Shown here in pieces: positions 19,609 through 30,323 of a stretch of 64,000 nt of DNA (the stretch's first letter is position 1; each line of letters opens with the position of its first letter). The DNA lies in NCBI GenBank assembly GCA_902624575.1, contig CACNXV010000001.1, positions 44,553 to 108,552 of the forward strand. Direction: 5' to 3'. The position numbers and the translations under genes are program-made. The notes beneath the pieces were generated by a model. That model had not been told where the DNA came from and did no database searches. It saw only the letters and a program-made list of their open reading frames with translations. The DNA is from an uncultured Fidelibacterota bacterium (lineage in GTDB: Bacteria > Fidelibacterota > Marinisomatia > Marinisomatales > Marinisomataceae).

Positions 19609-20151
19609 TTAATTACGAGATGCGTTAGCTATTTTTTCAAAGTCTACATTTGTATAGTTAAACTTTACAGAATCCAAAAAATCTGGTCCATATTTTTCAA
19701 ACCAGTCTTTATGTAATGCCAACTCTTTTACAGTAGGGCCTAAAATATTAAACTCAATATCGTATCGATCATCAACCTTACCAGGTAGAGCAATATTCCT
19801 TGCATAATGAAAATTATCAATCAAATTTATATGTGGGACTAAATCTATAAAAGTTGATAGCCCTGTTTTAGTATTAATAATTTTTGCGTTAATTGATAAA
19901 TATGGTACAAAACCACCTGCAGGTGTTCCTTCTGGAATATCTTTATTATCCCAATTGACTCTAGCTTCAATGTGAATGTTTGATACATTTTCCTTTAAAT
20001 GCATCTCCTCCGGCATTATATGATCTTTAATTGCACCTTCGAAAATAAATATTATACCAGGTTTAACTCTTTCTTCGCCAATAACCAGTTCTTGCGAATA
20101 ACTTAAATTTTGCAAAGAAATAAAAAAGCAAATTATATATAATATTTTCAT
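19609..20151 (-). CDS. Periplasmic metal-binding protein of the P19/Tp34/FtrA (Fe2+ transport, PF10634-like) family
   Basis: Signal peptide, then IGEE...HIEA...GGFVPYL...D.FHYA.NI, which resembles my recollection of Campylobacter P19. Confidence 0.7.
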   Translation of the reverse strand: MKILYIICFFISLQNLSYSQELVIGEERVKPGIIFIFEGAIKDHIMPEEMHLKENVSNIHIEARVNWDNKDIPEGTPAGGFVPYLSINAKIINTKTGLSTFIDLVPHINLIDNFHYARNIALPGKVDDRYDIEFNILGPTVKELALHKDWFEKYGPDFLDSVKFNYTNVDFEKIANASRN

Positions 20152-20160
20152 AATTCCCCC

Positions 20161-21090
20161 CTATAAATAAAACTTGTCACCAAATTTAGCAACGTTAAAT
20201 CCTTTTTTTAAAATATTTTTTCTTTCTTTTGACTCAGAATTAAGAGCGGGATTTGAATGATTAAGGTGTATAAAGTAAACTGATTTTTTTGCACTTGAAC
20301 TTTTAAATATTTTCATAGTTTCTACAATGAATGGATGAGGTATTTCGGACATATCTCTTCCTGGTAATTCATCAATATTATAAAACGTTCCATCTAAGAG
20401 ATTATAGTCGTTTTTTGCAGCTATACTTATAATATTTTTATTCCACTTGGACCATTTGTCAATATCTGGTATAAAAATTAACGATTTAACACTTTTTATT
20501 TGAAAACCCACTGTTTCAGAAAATTCGTCTCTGTGTGGTACGAGAAAAGGTTTAATTGATAAATTTTCAGTAAGGTTTATTTCAAAATCATTACTCAATT
20601 CTTTCAGTTCAATGTTCTTTAATTCAACTAATTGACTCCATGGACCATTAGATTCTATAAAATTTTTCATTTTTCTCATCACATAAACAGGAATTTTTTC
20701 TGCACCCATAACCTCTCTTCCTAGATGCAATAAGCCACTGTAATGACCCATATGTGCATGAGTAATAAATACTCCCTTAAAGTTAAAACCTGTAAGTTGT
20801 TTAACATACTCTAGTTGCTCCGGAAAATCAGGAGTTGCATCAACAATCCAAAATTCTTTTATATTAGGATCTACAACTGCAATGCTCGAAACTTTTTTAT
20901 GTAAACTTCTATCTAGCCAAAGCTTTTCACAGCATTCTTTTTCACATGCAGCATGAGGAGCACCGCCATCTTGAGCAACACCTAATACAATGATATATGG
21001 ATTATTTTCAGCTAAAATAAATGAACTGAAAAAAAGAGCAAATAAGAAGAATTTTGCTAGGTTTTTAACCAAATAGTTGACCTTCTTCAT
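20161..21090 (-). CDS. Secreted metallo-beta-lactamase-fold hydrolase, PqqB-like
   Basis: LGVAQDGGAPHAAC N-terminal motif like PqqB, the MBL motif THAHMGHYSG, and a signal-peptide-like MKKVNYLVKNLAKFFLFALFF. The start was chosen at an internal Met; the track ORF runs to 21162. Confidence 0.78.
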   Translation of the reverse strand: MKKVNYLVKNLAKFFLFALFFSSFILAENNPYIIVLGVAQDGGAPHAACEKECCEKLWLDRSLHKKVSSIAVVDPNIKEFWIVDATPDFPEQLEYVKQLTGFNFKGVFITHAHMGHYSGLLHLGREVMGAEKIPVYVMRKMKNFIESNGPWSQLVELKNIELKELSNDFEINLTENLSIKPFLVPHRDEFSETVGFQIKSVKSLIFIPDIDKWSKWNKNIISIAAKNDYNLLDGTFYNIDELPGRDMSEIPHPFIVETMKIFKSSSAKKSVYFIHLNHSNPALNSESKERKNILKKGFNVAKFGDKFYL

Positions 21091-22936
21091 CTGTTGCTTG
21101 CTTAGGAAGAGATTTGCTATCATACATTGCATTGATTTCTTCTTTATGCTTTTCTGCAACAACTTTTCTTTTTATCGACATTTTAGGTGTTAATTCTCCA
21201 TTGTCAACAGTCCATTCTTCATCAATAAGAGTAAATTTTCTTACAGATTCATATCTGGAAAAGTTTGTCATAGTGTTTTTAACAATAGCATCGAAGTGAT
21301 CATAAGTTTGATCATGAAGACATAATGACTTATAATCTAGACTAGCTAATCCTTGATTTTCTGCCCAAGCCATAAGATTTTCTTTATTTGGAACAATCAA
21401 CGCACTTATAAAGTTTCTATCATCGCCAATAACACTACATTGCTCGATATACTTATTTGATGTTAAAGATACTTCCATTGGTTGAGGTGCAACGTTTTTA
21501 CCACCAGAGGTTACAATTAAGCTCTTTTTACGATCAGTAATTCTCAACAATCCGTCTTCATCGAATTCTCCGATATCGCCAGAGTGAAACCATCCATCAA
21601 TAATTGCTTCTTTAGTTGCTTCTTCATTTTTGTAATATCCTTGCATAACGCAATGACCTCTACAAATTATCTCTCCATCTTGCGCAATTTTAACTTCAAC
21701 TCCAGGTATGGCTCTACCAACTGTACCAAATTTGAAAAATTCAGGATCTCCTAATGTCATGACTGGACTAGTTTCTGTTAAGCCATATCCTTCAATAATT
21801 GATATTCCAATACCGCAAAAGAAAGATCCAACTTCTTTAGACAATGCTGAACCACCTGATGAACATGCCCTAACACTGCCTCCTAAAGCTGCTCTAAACT
21901 TATTTAAAACAAGTTTATCAGCAATTTTATATTTTAGTCCCAAAAGAAAAGGTAAATCCTTATTTGCTTGCCTGTACGGCACTGTCTGCAAACCAACCTC
22001 TATGGACCATTCTGCAAGTTTTTTCTTACTTCCTGACATACTAGATACTGTATCCATAATCTTTGCATGAATTTTCTCAAATATTCTAGGTACTGCTGTT
22101 AAAAATGTTGGTCTAACCTCTCTAATATTTTCAAAGAGTATCTCAGGGGTAAAATTCATCTCTGCATAATATATTTGTGTTCCTTGGCTGAATATTGAAT
22201 AATGACCGCCAACTCGTTCAAAGCTATGACTAATAGGAAGAAAAGATACAAATCTTTCAATTCCATCTTTAGGCTTAATCTCTGGATTAAATTCTAGAGC
22301 TTTTTTTAACAAACCATCAATTGATAGCAAATTATTACAAATATTTGAATGATTTAGCATAACACCTTTAGGGTTACCAGTTGTACCACTAGTATATATC
22401 AACGTTAGTAAATCTTGCTCAGTGACAGTTTTTGAAATTTCTTTTATATCATGCTGGTGTTCTTTCATATTAAATACATCAGCAAATTTGACTACATGCT
22501 CTTTATCACCAGAATAATTTTCATCCATAATTACAATTGTTTGTAAGGTGGAACTAGCATCATTTATTAAAGAATAGACTTTATCGAGCTGAATTTCATC
22601 TTGCACAATAGCTATTTTACTTTCAGAATGAGCTACAACATACTGTGATTGAGCTGGAATTAGAGTTGGATATACAGGTACTGATACTGCTCTAATGTGA
22701 GCAATTGCATAATCAGATATAGCCCATTTTCTTGAATTTGCTCCTATGATCGCAACCTTATCAAAATCATTAACACCAAGGTTTTTTAAACCATTTGCAA
22801 AATCTTCAACCAAATTTTGTAAGTCCTTTAACTCTACACCTTCCCAACCATTTTCAGTTTTTGTAAAAAAAGTTTTAAGGTTTGGTTTTTCACTAACTAA
22901 TAATTGAAACATCTCAGGTACTGTTTTAAATGACAC
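21065..22936 (-). CDS. Long-chain fatty-acid--CoA ligase (AMP-dependent synthetase)
   Basis: AMP-binding signature YTSGTTGNPKGV, GYGLTE, and a C-terminal ...GELTPKMSIKRK. Confidence 0.9.
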   Translation of the reverse strand: MSFKTVPEMFQLLVSEKPNLKTFFTKTENGWEGVELKDLQNLVEDFANGLKNLGVNDFDKVAIIGANSRKWAISDYAIAHIRAVSVPVYPTLIPAQSQYVVAHSESKIAIVQDEIQLDKVYSLINDASSTLQTIVIMDENYSGDKEHVVKFADVFNMKEHQHDIKEISKTVTEQDLLTLIYTSGTTGNPKGVMLNHSNICNNLLSIDGLLKKALEFNPEIKPKDGIERFVSFLPISHSFERVGGHYSIFSQGTQIYYAEMNFTPEILFENIREVRPTFLTAVPRIFEKIHAKIMDTVSSMSGSKKKLAEWSIEVGLQTVPYRQANKDLPFLLGLKYKIADKLVLNKFRAALGGSVRACSSGGSALSKEVGSFFCGIGISIIEGYGLTETSPVMTLGDPEFFKFGTVGRAIPGVEVKIAQDGEIICRGHCVMQGYYKNEEATKEAIIDGWFHSGDIGEFDEDGLLRITDRKKSLIVTSGGKNVAPQPMEVSLTSNKYIEQCSVIGDDRNFISALIVPNKENLMAWAENQGLASLDYKSLCLHDQTYDHFDAIVKNTMTNFSRYESVRKFTLIDEEWTVDNGELTPKMSIKRKVVAEKHKEEINAMYDSKSLPKQATDEEGQLFG

Positions 22937-23005
22937 TTTTATCTCCTTTAAAATATTTGCTTATTGACAAACTACGTACTTTATCTGAAATTTGTCAACA
23001 TCTTT

Positions 23006-23089
23006 GCCGGGGTGGCGGAATTGGTAGACGCGCTGGTCTCAAACACCAGTGAGATTTATCTCATGTCGGTTCGAGCCCGACCCTCGGTA
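23006..23089 (+). tRNA. tRNA-Leu (anticodon CAA), no encoded CCA
   Basis: Hand-folded cloverleaf: acceptor gccgggg/cctcggt, anticodon arm ctggt-ctCAAac-accag, long variable arm, T-arm gtcgg-ttcgagc-ccgac. Confidence 0.9.
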
Positions 23090-23096
23090 CAAAAAA

Positions 23097-23117
23097 AAAG
23101 GGCTATAAAAGCCCTTT
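23097..23117. terminator. Bidirectional rho-independent terminator
   Basis: Hairpin aaagggc-tataaaa-gcccttt flanked by an A-run upstream and a T-run downstream. It lies between the convergent tRNA-Leu and the 158-aa gene. Confidence 0.7.
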
Positions 23118-23139
23118 TTTTTATAATAATAAATTATTA

Positions 23140-23616
23140 CTACTCTTCTTCGGGAGGAAATACTTCAGTATTAAGAGTTTTCAATTGTTTCTTAATATCT
23201 GAAAGATCTCTACGAGTTCTACGTTTTTCAGAATCAAAGTTATCCTCTAATCCCTCTAAATCACGTTGAACGTTTTTGATTTTTTTAGATAAATCTCTAT
23301 CAACTCTTTTAATTTCATAAGCTAAATCATCTATTAAACTTCCAAGAGAATCAGCTTTGGCATAGATTAATTTGGTGTTAGCTAAAATCATATCTTGCCC
23401 TTTTTTGATCTCTTTACCCTGGCCTATATTCTCAAGTTCAACAGCTTTCACTCTTTGTTTAAACTCTTTATTCACCATATCAACATGCTCAGCTTGTTCT
23501 GTCCTTAATTGTGACATCTCATCCATTGCTGAACCATACTGGACTAATGAAAAACCTACAGCTAATGCTAAGGCTAAAACTACAACACTTAAAATCTTTT
23601 CTGTATTAGATAACAT
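23140..23616 (-). CDS. Hypothetical membrane-anchored coiled-coil protein
   Basis: One N-terminal TM helix (ILSVVVLALALAVGFSLV) followed by charged heptad-like sequence. Confidence 0.55.
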   Translation of the reverse strand: MLSNTEKILSVVVLALALAVGFSLVQYGSAMDEMSQLRTEQAEHVDMVNKEFKQRVKAVELENIGQGKEIKKGQDMILANTKLIYAKADSLGSLIDDLAYEIKRVDRDLSKKIKNVQRDLEGLEDNFDSEKRRTRRDLSDIKKQLKTLNTEVFPPEEE

Positions 23617-23690
23617 AATTTAATACCTCAATTGTTTTTATTAAGTCCACCGAAACTAATCAATGAAAATTCAATATGAAAACATTTTTT

Positions 23691-24665
23691 TTAATTGGGA
23701 ACATTTCCAATTCTTGTTAGTCTTGGAAGGTAATTTTCTAAATCAATTGAAAACCAGGTTATTACTGGCTGTCCTAAAATATGATTTTCAGGTACAAATC
23801 CCCAATATCTGGAATCTTCGCTATTATCCCTATTATCTCCCATCATCCAATAATAATTTTGTTTTAATTCATAAACTTCAACTTCATTAATTGGCTTACC
23901 ATTTATATAGATATACTTTAAATATTCTTTTTTCATTACTGACATCCAAGGATTAATTAATTTAGCATTTGGACTTGGAGCATAATTATTGAAAACATTT
24001 CTGTCGCCTGTTCTTCGAAATAAATCATATGGATCTTCATTAGTAAACGAGAGTATTTGATTATTAAAACGAAGTTCAACTAAATTTTTTTCAAAAATTA
24101 AAATAGGTAATATTAGCTCCCAATCCATATCGAGGTTTAAATTAAAAACATCTCCTCTTTGAGGAATTTTTATTTCTGGCATATTGTCTCTATTACCTTT
24201 TTTCAAAAAAACATTCTGATCTTGAAAACTAGTATCAAAGCTTGATTCTGATAAAAATTGTCCACCTTCAGGAAGTGGATATACTTGACCATTTATATAA
24301 ACTGTTCTTTCTGAGATCTCTATTGTTTCTCCAGGGAGACCTATACATCTTTTAACATATTTGTAAACATTATCTCTTGGATATTCAAAAACAACAACAT
24401 CTCCTCTTTCAACCTCTTTAAATGCTGGAAATCTATATTCTGGTAAAAAAGTGGGTACGCTAATTGCTGTAAATGGTATCCATATTTTTTCCGGTAATTT
24501 CATTCCATATACATATCGACTTCCCACTAACATATCGCCCTTTAAAATATTTTTTTCCATACTTCCTGTTGGAACAATATACAGCTCTACTACTGTCTCT
24601 TTTAGAAAAAGCACAATAAGAATCAAAAAAAATAGTGACTTTATTTCTTTAATTAATTTTTTCAT
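23691..24665 (-). CDS. lepB: Signal peptidase I
   Basis: S26 family motifs: GSMEKN (Ser nucleophile), KRCIGLPGE (Lys) and GDNRDNSEDSRYWGFVP. Confidence 0.92.
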   Translation of the reverse strand: MKKLIKEIKSLFFLILIVLFLKETVVELYIVPTGSMEKNILKGDMLVGSRYVYGMKLPEKIWIPFTAISVPTFLPEYRFPAFKEVERGDVVVFEYPRDNVYKYVKRCIGLPGETIEISERTVYINGQVYPLPEGGQFLSESSFDTSFQDQNVFLKKGNRDNMPEIKIPQRGDVFNLNLDMDWELILPILIFEKNLVELRFNNQILSFTNEDPYDLFRRTGDRNVFNNYAPSPNAKLINPWMSVMKKEYLKYIYINGKPINEVEVYELKQNYYWMMGDNRDNSEDSRYWGFVPENHILGQPVITWFSIDLENYLPRLTRIGNVPN

Positions 24666-25210
24666 AACATTGTCGATATTGGTTTAAATGTTTTTCTATG
24701 TATTTTTGTAAAAGAGTGAACATTTAATGCTTGTAAATGTTTTTTTGTTCCATAACCGCTATTTGACAGAAAATCATATTCTGGATAAATATAATGAAAT
24801 GATCTCATAATTTCATCTCTTGTTACCTTTGCAATTATTGAAGCTGCCATTATATTTTCAAACTTTTGATCACCTTTGATAATACCTTGATTTTTTATAG
24901 GAATATCTAAACTAAAACCATCTACTAAAACTTTATCTGGCTTTATATCTAATCCATTTATTGCATCAATCATAGCATGCTCTGTAGCAATTTTAATATT
25001 ATGCTTATCTATATAATCATTCCATTTTATACCTATTGAAATAGATAACGAAGAACTCATAATTTCTGGGTAAAGTTTTTCTCTCTTTCTTTTTGAAATT
25101 TTTTTTGAATCGTTTAACAATTCAATTTTTTTTTCAAGAATTACTGCTGACGCTACAACTGGACCAGCCAGCGCTCCTCTTCCCACTTCGTCTACACCTG
25201 CAATAATCAT
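24662..25210 (-). CDS. rnhB: Ribonuclease HII
   Basis: IAGVDEVGRGALAGPVV catalytic motif. 182 aa. Confidence 0.93.
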   Translation of the reverse strand: MIIAGVDEVGRGALAGPVVASAVILEKKIELLNDSKKISKRKREKLYPEIMSSSLSISIGIKWNDYIDKHNIKIATEHAMIDAINGLDIKPDKVLVDGFSLDIPIKNQGIIKGDQKFENIMAASIIAKVTRDEIMRSFHYIYPEYDFLSNSGYGTKKHLQALNVHSFTKIHRKTFKPISTML

Positions 25211-25265
25211 TTTTTAAATTAATAATAAAAAATCAATGTACATCTTTTAAAAAAATAATTAATAT

Positions 25266-26849
25266 GTGTCCATGTCAAAAAATCAGTATACGCTTATAGT
25301 TTTTTTAATAATTGGAATTTTATTATTAGTCCCAGGATATGGGGTTCACTTTTTTGAACAAATTTGGAATTTTCCAGGAAATCTTTTTACAGATGATTTT
25401 AAAGATGCTTTTCCTTTAGCTACTATACCTTTAATGGTTATTTCTCTTTTAGGGACTGGTATATATATGACTTTTAAGCTAGGATTTCCTCAGTTAACTC
25501 GTATTTGGCACGGTATTAAAGTTACCAGGGGTGACTATGATAGCACTGAAGACGAAGGAGATTTAAATCATTTTAAAGCACTTTCAACCGCTTTAGCAGC
25601 TACCGTTGGTATTGGAAATATAGCTGGAGTAGCAATTGCTATTCAAATTGGCGGTCCTGGTGCATTATTTTGGATGTGGATTACAGCTTTTTTTGGAACT
25701 GCATTAAAGTATGCCGAATGCACTCTTGCTGTTGAATACAGGGAAACTGACTCTAAGGGAAATACTGCAGGAGGTCCTATGTATACTATAGAAAATGGTT
25801 TAGGTCCTAAATGGAGATGGCTAGCAGTAGTTTTTGCATGTTTTACAATCATTTGTTCCTTTTTTACAGGAAATGCTATTCAATCAAATACACTTACTCA
25901 ACAACTTTACAGTCAACTAGCTTCTACTTTTGGTACAGATAATTTTCTAATGACTACAAAAGAAATTTCTTTATTAGGTGACGTTTCAAGTATCTCTGTT
26001 ATGCATGTAGCCATAGGTCTAATTTGTGCATCTATTGTAGGTTCAGTTATTTTAGGCGGTATTAAAAGAATAGGTAATTTTACAAGTTTACTCGTTCCAA
26101 TTATGGCTGCAATTTATGTTTTTTGTGCATTATTCATAGTAATTACAAACTTTGATCAAGTCGGCAGTGCTTTTAATACTATATTTACTATGGCTTTCAA
26201 TCCACCGTCATTATTAGTTCCTGCAACAGGTGTTGCTTCTGGAGCATTTATTGCATTTTTAAATACAATGTTAATGGGTGTTAAAAGAGGTTTATTTTCA
26301 AGTGAATCAGGTCAGGGCTCAGCAGCTATTGCTCATTCTACAGCGAAAACACCATATTCAACAAGAGAAGGAGTTGTTGCTCTATTAGAACCATATATAG
26401 ACACAATTATAATTTGTACTCTAACTGGTTTGGTAATTATGGTAACTGGTTCATGGAAATTTACTGAGTTTTATTCACTAAGAATTGATTCATCGATTGT
26501 TGAGTTGAAAGAAGGTGTATTGCTTACAAGCTATGCTTTTTCTCAAGGAATTCCATTTGGTAGTGAAATGGTTACTATTGCTGTAGTTCTCTTTGCTTTA
26601 TCAACTGCCATAAGTTGGTCATTTTATGGAGATAGAGCAACTGAGTATTTGTTTGGATCTAGTTATATAACATATTACAGATATGTTTATGTTATGATGG
26701 TTTTTCTTGGCTCGCTATTAACTTTGAAACAAGTATGGAATCTTGGTGATGCTGCCCTTGCTTTTATGACTTTTCCTAACCTTATTGCGATCATTCTCTT
26801 AAGCTCTAAACTAAAAGATATTTCTTCCAAATATTTTGATAAGTACTAA
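25266..26849 (+). CDS. Alanine/glycine:cation symporter (AGCS family)
   Basis: 527-aa polytopic membrane protein with AGCS-like conserved stretches (ATVGIGNIAGVA, GGPGALFWMW, EAGQGS-like SESGQGSAA). Confidence 0.88.
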   Translation: MSMSKNQYTLIVFLIIGILLLVPGYGVHFFEQIWNFPGNLFTDDFKDAFPLATIPLMVISLLGTGIYMTFKLGFPQLTRIWHGIKVTRGDYDSTEDEGDLNHFKALSTALAATVGIGNIAGVAIAIQIGGPGALFWMWITAFFGTALKYAECTLAVEYRETDSKGNTAGGPMYTIENGLGPKWRWLAVVFACFTIICSFFTGNAIQSNTLTQQLYSQLASTFGTDNFLMTTKEISLLGDVSSISVMHVAIGLICASIVGSVILGGIKRIGNFTSLLVPIMAAIYVFCALFIVITNFDQVGSAFNTIFTMAFNPPSLLVPATGVASGAFIAFLNTMLMGVKRGLFSSESGQGSAAIAHSTAKTPYSTREGVVALLEPYIDTIIICTLTGLVIMVTGSWKFTEFYSLRIDSSIVELKEGVLLTSYAFSQGIPFGSEMVTIAVVLFALSTAISWSFYGDRATEYLFGSSYITYYRYVYVMMVFLGSLLTLKQVWNLGDAALAFMTFPNLIAIILLSSKLKDISSKYFDKY

Positions 26850-27618
26850 TCACATTCTTGATATTGCTTTAGAAATTTCAGATCAAGCTGCTGAACTTAT
26901 TCGCTCATCATCTCAAAAAATTAAAACTTTTAAATCTAAGGGAGAAGTTTCAAATCTTGTAACTCAAACTGATGTTGAAGCTGACAAGCTTATAAGCAGT
27001 AAAATTAAAGAATCTTTTCCTGAACATAATATTGTTTCGGAGGAGTTAGGATCAAATAATTTAAATTCAGATTATACCTGGTACATAGATCCAATTGATG
27101 GAACTAATAATTTTGTACACAACTACCCTTCTTTTGCAGTTTCAATAGGTGTTTTTTATAAAAATAAACCGCTCGTTGGAGTTGTTAATGATATACCTAA
27201 TAATGAAAAGTTTTTTGCTTCTAAAAACAATGGTTCTTTTTGCAATAATTCTCAAATCACTGTTTCAGATAAAGATCATTTCAATGAAGGATTATATGTT
27301 ACTGGTTTCATTCCGTATGATGAAAATTTCATTGATAAGAATTTGCAAGTTATAAAAAATATAAATCTTAACTCACATGGCGTTAGAAGATTAGGTGCAG
27401 CTTCCTTAGATATGTGTCATGTAGCAAAAGGCATTGTAGAAGGATTTTGGGAGTACAATTTGCAGCCTTGGGATACAGCTGCAGGTAATATTATTATTTC
27501 AGAAGCTGGTGGAAAAGTGACAAATGATTCAAATAATCAATACAATTTTGATAAATGCATTGTTGCTTCAAATAGCAAGATTCATAATCAATTCATTGAT
27601 ATAATTCAAAAATCTTAG
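26836..27618 (+). CDS. Inositol monophosphatase family protein (SuhB-like)
   Basis: Motifs WYIDPIDGTNNF and WDTAAG. Apparent TTG start overlapping the upstream gene. Confidence 0.88.
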   Translation: MISTNHILDIALEISDQAAELIRSSSQKIKTFKSKGEVSNLVTQTDVEADKLISSKIKESFPEHNIVSEELGSNNLNSDYTWYIDPIDGTNNFVHNYPSFAVSIGVFYKNKPLVGVVNDIPNNEKFFASKNNGSFCNNSQITVSDKDHFNEGLYVTGFIPYDENFIDKNLQVIKNINLNSHGVRRLGAASLDMCHVAKGIVEGFWEYNLQPWDTAAGNIIISEAGGKVTNDSNNQYNFDKCIVASNSKIHNQFIDIIQKS

Positions 27619-28019
27619 TTATAAATAAATTTTATATTTTTTTCTATTTTTTCGGATAAACTTTTGTGAACGGGGCAATTATTTGCTGAACGTTCAAGAA
27701 TAGTTTTAATTTTACTGTCATATGAAGTAGGAAAATTGATAATAATTTCAATTTCTGATATCATACGAGGCTCTTGACCCATAGTTTTCATTACAGAAGC
27801 AGTGGTACCCTTTAAATCAATATCATATTTTTGCATAGCAATACCCATAATAGTTAACATACAACTTGCAAGTGAGGCACAAACCAAATCCGTTGGAGAA
27901 AACTTTTCTCCTAAACCTTGGTTATCTTTAGGGGCATCAGTATCTATTGAAGAACCAGATTCAAGATGGATTGCTTTTGTTCTTAAGTTACCTTCGTAAG
28001 TAATCTCAAACTTATTCAT
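27615..28019 (-). CDS. OsmC-family peroxiredoxin-like protein
   Basis: The two conserved Cys contexts (LASCMLT and NNCPVHKSL). 134 aa. Confidence 0.85.
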   Translation of the reverse strand: MNKFEITYEGNLRTKAIHLESGSSIDTDAPKDNQGLGEKFSPTDLVCASLASCMLTIMGIAMQKYDIDLKGTTASVMKTMGQEPRMISEIEIIINFPTSYDSKIKTILERSANNCPVHKSLSEKIEKNIKFIYN

Positions 28020-28028
28020 ATTTAGATC

Positions 28029-29021
28029 TTATGAAAGTTCTAAATAGTCTTTAACGTCTGATAAAACATTTTTCATTAGTTTATCATCAGTATCTAACAG
28101 ACCTTTAACTTTTTCTCTTCCTTGAGCAACTTTTTCTCCTTTATAAGAGAACCAAGAACCCATCTTTTCTACAACTCCGCCTTGAAGAGCTAAATCTAAT
28201 AAGTCACCTGAATATGAAATACCTTTACCATACATAATATCAAATTCTGTCATTTTGAATGGAGGAGCTACTTTATTTTTCACTACTTTTACTCTAGTTC
28301 TATTACCGGTCATATCAGTTCCTTCTTTTATAGCGGCAATTCTACGAATATCTATTCTGACAGATGAATAAAATTTTAATGCTCTTCCTCCAGGAGTAGT
28401 TTCTGGACTACCAAACATTACACCAATTTTTTCTCTAATTTGATTGATAAAAACTACACAAGTCCTTGATTTGTTTATTGGGCCTGAAAGCTTTCTAAGT
28501 GCTTGTGACATCAATCTTGCCTGTAAACCTACAGTTACATCACCTATCTGACCATCTAATTCCTGTTTCGGAACTAAAGCCGCAACTGAATCAATAACAA
28601 TTACATCTAACGCTGCAGTCTCAAGTAATTTTTGAAGAATATCTAAAGCTTGCTCACCAGAATCTGGCTGAGAAACTAGAAGATCATCTGCATTACATCC
28701 AAGATTTTTAGCATATTCAGGATCCAATGCATTTTCTGCATCAATAAAAGCTGCTTTACCACCATTCTTTTGACATTCCGCAACAATGTGTAAAGCTAAT
28801 GTTGTCTTACCTGATGATTCAGGGCCAAACACCTCTACTATTCTTCCTTTAGGAACACCACCCACTCCTAAAGCCATATCTAATGATAAACATCCAGTTG
28901 AAATTGCTTCAACGTCTAAATTTGCTGTTCCACCAAGTCTCATGATAGAACCTTCTCCATACTCTTTATTAATATCTAATTGAACAGCCTCTAAAGCTTT
29001 ATCTGTATTTTTTTTTGCCAT
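28029..29021 (-). CDS. recA: Recombinase RecA
   Basis: Walker [10 protein letters not shown] and strongly RecA-like sequence along the whole length. Confidence 0.98.
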   Translation of the reverse strand: MAKKNTDKALEAVQLDINKEYGEGSIMRLGGTANLDVEAISTGCLSLDMALGVGGVPKGRIVEVFGPESSGKTTLALHIVAECQKNGGKAAFIDAENALDPEYAKNLGCNADDLLVSQPDSGEQALDILQKLLETAALDVIVIDSVAALVPKQELDGQIGDVTVGLQARLMSQALRKLSGPINKSRTCVVFINQIREKIGVMFGSPETTPGGRALKFYSSVRIDIRRIAAIKEGTDMTGNRTRVKVVKNKVAPPFKMTEFDIMYGKGISYSGDLLDLALQGGVVEKMGSWFSYKGEKVAQGREKVKGLLDTDDKLMKNVLSDVKDYLELS

Positions 29022-29042
29022 TTGTGATTACCCTTCTAATAA

Positions 29043-30323
29043 TTATGAACTTTTTAAAATTTTTCGTATTTCATTAAGACACAAGATAACAGTTAATTCA
29101 CGATTTGTGTTTCTGTTAGGTGTTAAATTATACCTCTTAATATATAAATTATTTTTATAAAATATTCCAACAAATACTAGTCCAACAGGTTTTTTTTCAG
29201 TTCCTCCATCTGGACCTGCTATTCCTGTTATGCCAACTCCCATATCTGTACCGTTTTTTTCAGCAATTCCTCTAGCTAAAGCACCAGCTACCTCTTCGCT
29301 AACAGCTCCGTATTTATCAATTAGCTTTTTATCTACGTTTACATCCGAAATTTTTAATTCATTGCTATAACATATTGATCCGCCTTTATAATATTTTGAG
29401 CTTCCTGGAAAATCTGTAAGCTTTGCACCAAGTAAGCCAGCAGTGCAAGACTCAGCTGTACTTATTGTAACTGAATTTTTTATAAATGAATTAGCAATTA
29501 CTTCCTCTAATTTATCATTGTCAAAACCGTAGACATATTTTTTAATTCTATCTAAAATTAATTTGATTAAATCCTCTATTTTTTTATTATTTATAGAAGT
29601 AATTCTTATGTCGACACCAAGCATTCTATGTGGAAGAAAAGCTATGTCACAATCTTTCTTATAATCTTCAATTAAATCTGATATCTTTTCCTGAAGTATT
29701 GATTCTGGTACCCCAGTAGTTCTTATACTCCTACAAATTACTTTATTTTTATTTGTTTTTTCAATTTCAGGAAGTACATAATTAGTAAACATAGACTTCA
29801 TTTCTTTAGGAACTCCAGGTAAAGCAAAGAAATTTACCTCTGATAAACTGCCTTTAAACTTTGACTTGATATCTTTAAAGAATGATGAATGATTTTTTAT
29901 ATAATGAAGACCTCTTGCTGAGCCAACCTTATTTGGTATCATATTTCCTTTTTTTAATGTAAATGCTTGATTTCTATTTAAATTGGGCATTTTGAAATTT
30001 AATTTTTGAAATCTTTCTTTAAGTTTTTCCCAATACTCTCGGTCGAACTCTTCTGAGTCTTCAAAATATTCGATAAAAGCTGATACTGTTATATCATCAA
30101 CTGTTGGTCCTAGCCCTCCAGTAACGATAATATGGTCACACTCCCACTCTTTCCATTGGTATTCGAGTGTATCATAAATATCTGAAGAATCATCGGATAT
30201 TGTATGGTGAACATGAACCTTGATACCAGCTGATAATAATTGCTGCCCTATCCAAGCAGCATTTCTATCTAAAGTAAAGCCATTTAATAGCTCATTACCA
30301 ATTGTTATTATTCCAACTTTCAT
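29043..30323 (-). CDS. cinA: CinA-family competence/damage-inducible protein (MoCF-like N domain plus PncC-like C domain)
   Basis: N-terminus MKVGIITIGNELL.G...D.N and a C-terminal CinA domain (ESCTAGLLGAKLT...GS). Located upstream of recA. Confidence 0.9.
   Translation of the reverse strand: MKVGIITIGNELLNGFTLDRNAAWIGQQLLSAGIKVHVHHTISDDSSDIYDTLEYQWKEWECDHIIVTGGLGPTVDDITVSAFIEYFEDSEEFDREYWEKLKERFQKLNFKMPNLNRNQAFTLKKGNMIPNKVGSARGLHYIKNHSSFFKDIKSKFKGSLSEVNFFALPGVPKEMKSMFTNYVLPEIEKTNKNKVICRSIRTTGVPESILQEKISDLIEDYKKDCDIAFLPHRMLGVDIRITSINNKKIEDLIKLILDRIKKYVYGFDNDKLEEVIANSFIKNSVTISTAESCTAGLLGAKLTDFPGSSKYYKGGSICYSNELKISDVNVDKKLIDKYGAVSEEVAGALARGIAEKNGTDMGVGITGIAGPDGGTEKKPVGLVFVGIFYKNNLYIKRYNLTPNRNTNRELTVILCLNEIRKILKSS

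Noticed and set aside
22964-23269. 101-aa + strand ORF spanning tRNA-Leu(CAA) and the bidirectional terminator
   Set aside because: It reads straight through a well-folded tRNA gene and a terminator hairpin, and it overlaps the - strand 158-aa gene. It is an artefact of the six-frame translation.
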